Below are positions 55,980-63,155 of a DNA stretch of 64,000 nucleotides, piece after piece (the stretch's first letter is position 1; each line of letters starts with the position of its first letter). The position numbers were made by a program, and so were the translations under genes. Below the pieces are notes generated by a model. The model searched no databases. It was not told the origin of the DNA and worked only from the letters and a program-made list of their open reading frames with translations. This stretch comes from a virus (taxonomy: Duplodnaviria; Caudoviricetes), in the IMG/VR virus record IMGVR_UViG_3300027740_000003, positions 64,001-128,000 of that record. The stretch is one strand, 5' to 3'.

Positions 55980-56167
55980 TCAACATCTTTTATATTATGG
56001 CAAGAAGGGCACATTAAAGGGATAGAATCAAGAATACGTGGAAGTGCGGTAGGGGAGACCCAAGGGATAAGAGGTTTAAGGGAAGATATTCTAATCCATT
56101 CAGATTTGAAAAAAGCAAACCATTTTTTATCCAGAGGCGATTCAGAGTTGCAGAATTTACATTTCAT
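55976..56167 (-). CDS. Split Zn-ribbon protein with variant tag
   Basis: MKCKFC...MCPSCHNIKDVE*. Confidence 0.75.
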   Translation of the reverse strand: MKCKFCNSESPLDKKWFAFFKSEWIRISSLKPLIPWVSPTALPRILDSIPLMCPSCHNIKDVE

Positions 56168-56403
56168 TCAATTATGTCTTTTAAATGCCAGCAATCTTGG
56201 CAAAGAATGGTAGAAAGTTGATATTTATTGAATAAATTTTTAGTATTTTTGTTATGAATATTAACATAATTAAAGCTGGTTTGATATATTTCATTATCAT
56301 TTAATTCAAAAAAGCAATATATTTTACCTCCAGGGGCTCCACAATCTGCATAAAAAGATTTAAGATTTTGGGCAAAACAGGAAGAGCAGATATAATTAAT
56401 CAT
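56164..56403 (-). CDS. Split Zn-ribbon protein with IKDII tag
   Basis: MINYICSSC...LCQDCWHLKDIIE*. Confidence 0.8.
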   Translation of the reverse strand: MINYICSSCFAQNLKSFYADCGAPGGKIYCFFELNDNEIYQTSFNYVNIHNKNTKNLFNKYQLSTILCQDCWHLKDIIE

Positions 56404-56621
56404 TGTATTATATCTTTAATTATTAAACATTTGGGACAAAGGATGGTTCTGTTTTCTAGCAAAGCTTTATAATTTTCAAATGTTAATGTATAAAGAATAT
56501 CGATTAATTGAACCTCTGTTTCGAAACGAGAAAGAGACACCCATCCTTCTGCCAATGACACCCATTCTTCTACCAATTCAGCAGATATCCTATCACGACA
56601 AGAAGAGCAAGTTAAAATCAT
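56400..56621 (-). CDS. Split Zn-ribbon protein with IKDII tag
   Basis: MILTCSSC...LLENRTILCPKCLIIKDIIQ*. Confidence 0.8.
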   Translation of the reverse strand: MILTCSSCRDRISAELVEEWVSLAEGWVSLSRFETEVQLIDILYTLTFENYKALLENRTILCPKCLIIKDIIQ

Positions 56622-57283
56622 TCAATAATATCTTTTATAATTAAATTGTTATATATTTCTTCAGCAAAATCTTTTGCAAAATCTTTATAGTCGGGACATA
56701 ATAATATTATGTTTATATCATATCCAGACTGTTCTATTGCAGCTTTTTGAACTTCCTTACAAGGATTTTTTATATATTCAATAGAAGGCGGATTTTGTTT
56801 AACTGCTTCTAATTGTAATTTTTCTGAAGGATTTTTTATATATTCAATAGAAAATGCATTTTGTTTAATAGCTTCTAATTGCACTTCCTTAGAAGGATTT
56901 TTTATATATTCAATAGAAAATGCATTTTGTTTAACTGCTTCTAATTTTACTTTCTTACAAGGATTTTTTATATATCGAATAGAATGCCCAAATTCTTTTA
57001 CAGCTTCTAATTGAACCTCTTCGGAAGGATCTTTTATATATTGAATAGAATTTCCGCTTTGTTTAACTGCTTCTAATTTTACTTCCTTAGAAGGTTTTTT
57101 TATATGCATAATTGAATGCCCATCTTGTTTAACAGCTTCTAATTGAACTTCTTTAGAAGGGTTATTTATATGTCGAATATTAAATCCTTTTTGTTTAACC
57201 GTTTTTAAACAATCAGATTCATTTTTTGGATCAAATCCCAAATGTTTATCAATTAATTTATTTAATTCTTTTTCATAGTTCAT
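56618..57283 (-). CDS. 22-aa helical-repeat (DUF4116-like) protein, 6 full repeats plus caps, IKDII tag
   Basis: LGFDPKNESDCLK...(NPSKEVQLEAVKQ)n...LCPDYKDFAKDFAEEIYNNLIIKDIIE*. Confidence 0.85.
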   Translation of the reverse strand: MNYEKELNKLIDKHLGFDPKNESDCLKTVKQKGFNIRHINNPSKEVQLEAVKQDGHSIMHIKKPSKEVKLEAVKQSGNSIQYIKDPSEEVQLEAVKEFGHSIRYIKNPCKKVKLEAVKQNAFSIEYIKNPSKEVQLEAIKQNAFSIEYIKNPSEKLQLEAVKQNPPSIEYIKNPCKEVQKAAIEQSGYDINIILLCPDYKDFAKDFAEEIYNNLIIKDIIE

Positions 57284-57492
57284 TGAATGATATCCTTAAT
57301 CATTTTACAAGTTTCGCACATAAAACTATTACTATTTGTTTTAAATAGTATTGTACTTATAGTTTCTCCCAAATTTGTATCATAGTGTTTTAATTTAATA
57401 TGATATTCCTGTTCGGCAGGAGAAATTATTATATACCACTCTTTATTATAGAAAACAAATTTTTTACAAGAGGAACAGATCATTTCCACCAC
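57280..57492 (-). CDS. Split Zn-ribbon protein with IKDII tag
   Basis: MVEMICSSC...MCETCKMIKDIIQ*. Confidence 0.8.
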   Translation of the reverse strand: MVEMICSSCKKFVFYNKEWYIIISPAEQEYHIKLKHYDTNLGETISTILFKTNSNSFMCETCKMIKDIIQ

Positions 57493-57743
57493 ATATAATC
57501 ACAATCAGCCCAACGAATTTCATAATGATATTTAGACCAGAATAAACCTTTAAAAGGTTTTGACACTTGAAACCCTACATCTTCCAACTTAAGAATTACT
57601 TTTTTACTCAATGTTGGAACATTAATATAACTCATTGATTGATATGCCGCCTTTCTGCATTTTTTCGAAATAATTCTGTATTCTTCCATTTCTTCTTTAT
57701 TTAAACGCCTCATTAGTTCTAAACACTCTTTTTGTTCAGGCAT
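57480..57743 (-). CDS. Hypothetical protein (no tag)
   Basis: 87-aa ORF linking the radical SAM to the tagged array by overlaps. Confidence 0.6.
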   Translation of the reverse strand: MPEQKECLELMRRLNKEEMEEYRIISKKCRKAAYQSMSYINVPTLSKKVILKLEDVGFQVSKPFKGLFWSKYHYEIRWADCDYMWWK

Positions 57744-58566
57744 TATATAATTCCTTTGTTGAAAATGAACTAGGATATACTTTCATTGTTTCTAAATCTA
57801 GGTATTTGCTTAGAATTTCGGGTTCATACATAGATACATTAAATCTTCCATCTTGCAAATATGGATAGAAGTTGGCTCCAAAAGCGATATCAGCTGGAGA
57901 ACCGACAATAGATTGTTTTAGATATTCCCAATCTATTTGTGCTTCTTTACATCTCCCCTGGGCAGAAAGAGGCAGAAGTACAAAGTATTTAATTCTATCA
58001 TGATATTCTTTGTATATAGAAGAAAATGTATCTATAGATGATTTGTCAGATATGATACAATGTAGGTTAGTGAAGATATTTTCTGCCAAGAAGGCTTCTG
58101 TGGCAGATCTCCAGAATTGTTCTAGATGAGGATGGGTTGATACAGCAACTCCTCCACAAAGCTCTTTGGTAGCCTTGAGAAGGGTTTCTGAGATATGCAT
58201 TCCGTTGGTTGTGTAGTTAGGGGTGATTCCTAGGCTCAGGCTGGCTTCTAAGACCTTTATGAAGTCAGGATGGGAAGTAGGCTCGCCTCCTCCAAAAGCG
58301 ATTTGAAAAGGCTTCTGGTTTTGAGAAAGAGGGGAGAAGAATTTGAGGAATTTATCCACAATATTTCTATCATGGGATTTAGGAACAGAAGACTGATAGC
58401 AGTAGGAGCATTTCCCCATACAATGCGAAGTAATTTTCACATCATAGAACTCTGGATATTCCAACTCATTAATCTCTTCATTTGGATTTAAGGCAAAGCG
58501 GAGGGTAGTTCCGTCTGACAGGTGAAAAGCTTTGTAATTAGATTCTGGGAATATTCTAATTTTCAT
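57736..58566 (-). CDS. Radical SAM enzyme
   Basis: CMGKCSYC, AFGGGEP, YTTNG. Confidence 0.9.
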   Translation of the reverse strand: MKIRIFPESNYKAFHLSDGTTLRFALNPNEEINELEYPEFYDVKITSHCMGKCSYCYQSSVPKSHDRNIVDKFLKFFSPLSQNQKPFQIAFGGGEPTSHPDFIKVLEASLSLGITPNYTTNGMHISETLLKATKELCGGVAVSTHPHLEQFWRSATEAFLAENIFTNLHCIISDKSSIDTFSSIYKEYHDRIKYFVLLPLSAQGRCKEAQIDWEYLKQSIVGSPADIAFGANFYPYLQDGRFNVSMYEPEILSKYLDLETMKVYPSSFSTKELYNA

Positions 58567-58607
58567 TCTAATATATCCTTATTTTTGATGGAGGATAGTT
58601 GTATACA

Positions 58608-59063
58608 TTAACATCTGTGTTCTACAGCTTCGGTAGAGTACAGGAATTTAATTGCCAGTTTGGCTAATTTTTTGTATTTTGGATCTTTTACAGTTATTTC
58701 CAATTCCGTATCACCTTCATAATATTCTTTAATTTCTTCCAACCAGCCCGGCGCTTCTATTTTGCCAGACTCAACATCTTCCAAAAGTTTAGAAATTTTA
58801 TCCTCGTCGGGGTCTCCATTGGGAGAAAGGTAAGTGTCATCCATACCATTATAAATGGCATCTACAGCCATATCCCAAACCAAATCTGTATTGCTAACAA
58901 TTTTTACATTAAAAATTTCATCGCAAGTATTTCCCGTTCCCATCAAAGTAAGCATTTCGTTAATTAGGGCTTTAAATGGTTTGATGGAACCCTCTGATTT
59001 AGTGTATATAGTAGTAGAAGAGTTTGTGATTAAACTTGTTATGGAATGTAGTTTGATTTTCAT
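58608..59063 (-). CDS. 'SITSxITNSST' family protein, copy 4
   Basis: MKIKLHSITSLITNSSTTIYT...KYKKLAKLAIKFLYST. Confidence 0.8.
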   Translation of the reverse strand: MKIKLHSITSLITNSSTTIYTKSEGSIKPFKALINEMLTLMGTGNTCDEIFNVKIVSNTDLVWDMAVDAIYNGMDDTYLSPNGDPDEDKISKLLEDVESGKIEAPGWLEEIKEYYEGDTELEITVKDPKYKKLAKLAIKFLYSTEAVEHRC

Positions 59064-59075
59064 TGTATTTTCTTT

Positions 59076-59501
59076 TTAGCTGTAGGTGGCTTCTTGATAG
59101 GTTGAATATAGAAACTCTTGCATTTGTTTTGCAAGTTTTTTATATTTTTCATCTTTTGGAATGATATGAAGATAGGTAGACGGAGCCTCATCTGCCGTAC
59201 CTTTTTCTATTTTTTTAAACCAGGTGGGCTTATCAATTTCTCCAGCTAACACAGAATCATAAAGCTTCCTTACATCTTCTTCAGTTAATTTTTTTGGAGC
59301 GGATTTGTAATACTCTTCTGGATATTCCGACAAAACTACCGTTTTAAACACATCGTCAAATTTGTATGGTAGGTTAAATGTTTCAAATATTTCATTTACC
59401 AAATTTCTTGCAGATTCTTCAGAATTTTCTGAATAAGTAAATATGGTAGTTGAAGAATTGGTTATTATTGAGGTTATTGAGTGTAGTTTCATATTATCCA
59501 T
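59076..59501 (-). CDS. 'SITSxITNSST' family protein, copy 3
   Basis: MKLHSITSIITNSSTTIFT...KYKKLAKQMQEFLYST. Confidence 0.8.
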   Translation of the reverse strand: MDNMKLHSITSIITNSSTTIFTYSENSEESARNLVNEIFETFNLPYKFDDVFKTVVLSEYPEEYYKSAPKKLTEEDVRKLYDSVLAGEIDKPTWFKKIEKGTADEAPSTYLHIIPKDEKYKKLAKQMQEFLYSTYQEATYS

Positions 59502-59946
59502 CCCTGAATGCTTCGTGAGAGGTTGAGTACAAGAACTTTTTAATCAGATTTGCCATATTAGCATATTCTGGCTTCTTTGGAACAAGATAAAGTGTTGTTG
59601 GATACGAATATCCATTCTCAGAATTTTCTGATTTGGCTTCAGCTTCTTCGAACCAAGTAGGTTTAGGCAAAATTCCCGCCATAACATCTTCATACAAAGA
59701 TCCTATATCAGAATTTTCATCAATTCCTTCCACCGTATTATTCTCCAAGTATTCATAATACAAATGTGAATCTCTGAAAAGAAGAACTGTAGTGAAGAAA
59801 TCATCAAAAGTTTTCCCTTCTACTCCAAGTGTTTTCAAAATTTCATTTATCATATTCTTAGCAGCTTCTCCAGAGGCATCAGAATAAGTATATATAACCG
59901 TTGAGCTATTTGTTATTATTGAGGTTATTGAATGTAGTTTTATCAT
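59494..59946 (-). CDS. 'SITSxITNSST' family protein, copy 2
   Basis: MIKLHSITSIITNSSTVIYT...EYANMANLIKKFLYST. Confidence 0.8.
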   Translation of the reverse strand: MIKLHSITSIITNSSTVIYTYSDASGEAAKNMINEILKTLGVEGKTFDDFFTTVLLFRDSHLYYEYLENNTVEGIDENSDIGSLYEDVMAGILPKPTWFEEAEAKSENSENGYSYPTTLYLVPKKPEYANMANLIKKFLYSTSHEAFRDG

Positions 59947-60380
59947 CAGTTTTCTCCTTCCTCATAAGAGGCAGAATATAGAAACAATTCTATTGTTTCG
60001 GCCAGCTTATCATATTTTGGGTCTTTTGTAGAAATGAACAAATTAGTTGATCCGGAGTCGTTTTGTTCGACATAATTAAACCATGTAGGTTTTGGCGTTT
60101 TTCCTGTTTTTACATCGTAGTATAATTTATCAAAATTAGTATTTTCATCAACTCCTTCTATAGGATGATAGCCCGCATAATCAGAATATCTCCAAGAGGA
60201 ACTGCTTAATAGAACCACTTGAAAAACATCATCGAATTTTAAAGGAATATTAAACGAGACAAACAGTTCTTCCACCATTTTTCTAAAAGCCTCCTCACAG
60301 TTTTCTGATTTGGTATAAATGGTAGTTGAGCTGTTGGTAATTAATGATGTTATCGAATGCACTGGTATTTCAATTAACAT
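59946..60380 (-). CDS. 'SITSxITNSST' family protein, copy 1
   Basis: PVHSITSLITNSSTTIYT...KYDKLAETIELFLYSA. Confidence 0.8.
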   Translation of the reverse strand: MLIEIPVHSITSLITNSSTTIYTKSENCEEAFRKMVEELFVSFNIPLKFDDVFQVVLLSSSSWRYSDYAGYHPIEGVDENTNFDKLYYDVKTGKTPKPTWFNYVEQNDSGSTNLFISTKDPKYDKLAETIELFLYSASYEEGEN

Positions 60381-60400
60381 GCGTGGCCTCCAATCTGTCC

Positions 60401-60464
60401 AACGTAATCATCCGGCCCAGGGATGTCAAGTAGAGTTGACACACCGCAGGAAAGTGAGTATGTT
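60401..60464. promoter_or_regulatory. Back-to-back divergent promoters
   Basis: Minus: TTGACA(60429-60424)-N17-TACGTT. Plus: TTGACA(60436-60441)-N17-TATGTT. Located exactly at the strand switch. Confidence 0.75.
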
Positions 60465-60496
60465 CATGGACATGGAGAACATCCAGGAGCAATAAA

Positions 60497-60745
60497 ATGA
60501 ATAAAGTATATGTTGTAATAAAAGATGAAGTTGTAGAGAAGGTTGAATTTGAAAGAAGTGTAGCTCTAGAGCTGGCAAAACAGTTAGCGGGCGTAGAGGC
60601 AGGCATTTCTTTAGCGGACGTCTCAGTATGGGAGGCAGAAGCGGGCGGAAAGCCAACCATGATCTATAGTGTGTCATGGGAGGCAACCGGACCGTTGGAA
60701 CCCCTGATATTCGTTGGAAGCCCAAGCATATCTCCTCAATCATAA
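60497..60745 (+). CDS. Hypothetical protein, first gene of the rightward operon
   Basis: AGGAG SD, ATG at 60497. Confidence 0.65.
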   Translation: MNKVYVVIKDEVVEKVEFERSVALELAKQLAGVEAGISLADVSVWEAEAGGKPTMIYSVSWEATGPLEPLIFVGSPSISPQS

Positions 60746-60753
60746 AGAATAAA

Positions 60754-61089
60754 ATGAAACATATTTTTAATTTTTTAATTTGGTTTATGCAAAACAGCCC
60801 AGATACAAGTGAATTTATTAAGAAAAAACGATTAGTACAAAAATCTATAATAAAACTAATACGAACAGACGGTTCTCTTATTGAAGATATTGAAAATTTA
60901 GAGTTGCAATTAATAGCGGTTAAACAAAACATATATTCTATTCAATATATAAAAGATCCTTCCGAAGAAGCGCAATTAGAAGCAGTTAAAAATTATCCGC
61001 CCATATTAGATTATATAGAAGATTTTATAAATGGTAAAATTTGTGAAAAAATAAAAGACATGTTGGTTATAAAGGATTTAATTCAATAA
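60754..61089 (+). CDS. Short 22-aa-repeat protein with IKDII tag
   Basis: LQLIAVKQNIYSIQYIKDPSEEAQLEAVKN; ends MLVIKDLIQ*; likely start MKHIF at 60754. Confidence 0.75.
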   Translation: MKHIFNFLIWFMQNSPDTSEFIKKKRLVQKSIIKLIRTDGSLIEDIENLELQLIAVKQNIYSIQYIKDPSEEAQLEAVKNYPPILDYIEDFINGKICEKIKDMLVIKDLIQ

Positions 61090-61150
61090 AGAACTTCAGT
61101 TATTAACAAAGAGGCATGATCAAAATCAGGATTAGTAATGGGTCTAATTC

Positions 61151-61834
61151 TTGCTGTGTTATGGGGCCATTGCTATAAAGCGGTTGACAGAAGGCCTGGC
61201 GAAGGTTAGGTTTGAGGGCATGATGGATTTGGAAAATAATACAGGAAGTCGCTTGTTTTTGACAAGCGATCTTCATTTTGACCATACGAACATAATTAAA
61301 TATTGCGACAGGCCTTTTCCAACTGTTAAAGACATGAATGGCGCACTAATAAACAATTGGAACAGAGTGGTTGGCTCAAGTGATATCGTCTGGGTTCTCG
61401 GAGATTTTTCTTTATCTAAAGATACGATATTTATTTCTAGAACTTTGGAAAATCTTAATGGACAAAAGAATCTTATTATTGGAAACCATGATAGTAAAGT
61501 GTGCACTAATTCTCAACACTGGAATTCTGTTCATGAACTACATAACATCTGTGTAGGCAAACAAACGTTAGTGATGTGTCATTATGCTATGAAGGTATGG
61601 TATCGAAGTCATCATGGGTCGTGGCTAACGTTTGGTCATTCTCACGGTAGCTTGCCAGAAGATAATTCGTTATCTTTCGATATTGGTGTTGATGTTTGGA
61701 ATTATACCCCTGTGTCATTTGAGCAGATAAAAAGAAAAATAGAAGATAAAAAGAATGCTATTTTAGTTGGAGAAAAAGGAAATGTAAATATTAGAAACAT
61801 TAATCAGAATAATAATAAGAAGTATTGGATATGA
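61151..61834 (+). CDS. Calcineurin-like metallophosphoesterase
   Basis: SDLHFDH, LGD, GNHD, CHY, GHSH motifs. Confidence 0.88.
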   Translation: MLCYGAIAIKRLTEGLAKVRFEGMMDLENNTGSRLFLTSDLHFDHTNIIKYCDRPFPTVKDMNGALINNWNRVVGSSDIVWVLGDFSLSKDTIFISRTLENLNGQKNLIIGNHDSKVCTNSQHWNSVHELHNICVGKQTLVMCHYAMKVWYRSHHGSWLTFGHSHGSLPEDNSLSFDIGVDVWNYTPVSFEQIKRKIEDKKNAILVGEKGNVNIRNINQNNNKKYWI

Positions 61835-62041
61835 CTAAAGGTATATGTTGTTCGTCTTGTGGTAAAATTTCAAATGATTATCATGGGATGGGCAAGAACC
61901 AACATCTGGGACAAATCAATAATTTATTCACTTGATATGGAATATTATCGAAATATTCCTGAACCATTTGAAGATTATGGATATCGTGAATGTGATTTCT
62001 TTTGTCCAGATTGTATTATTATTAGAGACATAATAAAATAA
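61831..62041 (+). pseudogene. Frameshifted split Zn-ribbon gene with IKDII tag
   Basis: ATG at 61831 (ATGA overlap) gives MTKGICCSSCGKISNDYH...stop; the adjacent frame continues GWARTNIW...FFCPDCIIIRDIIK*. Confidence 0.65.
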
Positions 62042-62114
62042 AGCTCGCGTTGTTGAAATAAAGAAAACTGCCAAAAAAAGTCGAGAAACAACAAAGCTCA
62101 TAGAAACAGTTTCT

Positions 62115-62561
62115 ATGAGTCATAAATGGCAACTGAATGGTATTAAGTTTAATTTTTGTGTAAAATGTGGGTGTAAAAAAACTTACGCTGGTAGATGGCA
62201 CCGATGCATGTCCAAAACAGCTTATGGAAAGAAACTTCAACACAAGTTAGAAATAATTATAGATGGTCGTCTAACTTGGATGCCAGCATATTGCAAATGT
62301 AAAGTATGTCAACTAGAAGAAAACTCTAGACATTCAAATATTATGTGGTCAACAGACGATACTGGAATAGCATATGTTCCATATAAACTAATTAAAAATA
62401 ATAATGGAACTACGTTGGGAAAACATTGTAAATGGTGGAATTGGCAACAAGATCCTGTTAGTAAAGAGTGGGGTAAAGTTCCTATTCCCGGATTGGCTTT
62501 CTGGCCGGTCTTCTGCCTCTTGACAGAAGACGAGGCAATGATTAAAGATCTCATCCTATGA
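62115..62561 (+). CDS. Cys/His/Trp-rich protein with IKDII tag
   Basis: CVKCGC, CKCKVC; ends LTEDEAMIKDLIL*. Confidence 0.75.
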   Translation: MSHKWQLNGIKFNFCVKCGCKKTYAGRWHRCMSKTAYGKKLQHKLEIIIDGRLTWMPAYCKCKVCQLEENSRHSNIMWSTDDTGIAYVPYKLIKNNNGTTLGKHCKWWNWQQDPVSKEWGKVPIPGLAFWPVFCLLTEDEAMIKDLIL

Positions 62562-62875
62562 AACCATACACGGATCGCGAAGAAGCAAAAACTAATTTGT
62601 TGTATCAGTTTATAAATGATAATGAAACAATTAAACCAATGAAAAGTTTTATTTGTTGTCTTGGAAGTGAATATGATAATTTTGACTTTGATTTATATGA
62701 TATGGCACACGAATTAGTAAAAGAAGGAAAACTTGTTTCAGTTAAAATTTATATTCCAGATTCATATCAATTAAATGAAACTCGTGGAGAAAAAGATTTA
62801 ATAGAATGGATTCTTCCTCCCGGTTCTAAAGTCTTATCCGAGGATGAATTAATAATTAGAGATATAATTGAATAA
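62558..62875 (+). CDS. Hypothetical protein with IKDII tag
   Basis: Ends LSEDELIIRDIIE*. Confidence 0.75.
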   Translation: MKPYTDREEAKTNLLYQFINDNETIKPMKSFICCLGSEYDNFDFDLYDMAHELVKEGKLVSVKIYIPDSYQLNETRGEKDLIEWILPPGSKVLSEDELIIRDIIE

Positions 62876-62886
62876 TAAGGACATTA

Positions 62887-63153
62887 ATGAAAAACAAAAC
62901 CAATGCATTTGATTCCTTGGAAAAGTTAATTGACAAATGGAAAAGGGATAACAAACTAGAATCAACGGAAGATATTTCTAAAGTTGTAGAAAGTCTTTTG
63001 GTATATTCTGTTGTTTTAGTTGCAAGATCTAACAATGATGATTTTGAGATTGAGGGAGATGTATCTGGCGGACCAAACGAAGATACGTACCGATTTAATT
63101 TTACTGTAAAAAAAGAAGAAAAAAGAATTCCTGAGCCACAAGATATCAATTAA
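62887..63153 (+). CDS. Hypothetical protein (no tag)
   Basis: 88-aa ORF in the rightward operon. Confidence 0.6.
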   Translation: MKNKTNAFDSLEKLIDKWKRDNKLESTEDISKVVESLLVYSVVLVARSNNDDFEIEGDVSGGPNEDTYRFNFTVKKEEKRIPEPQDIN

Positions 63154-63155
63154 TA

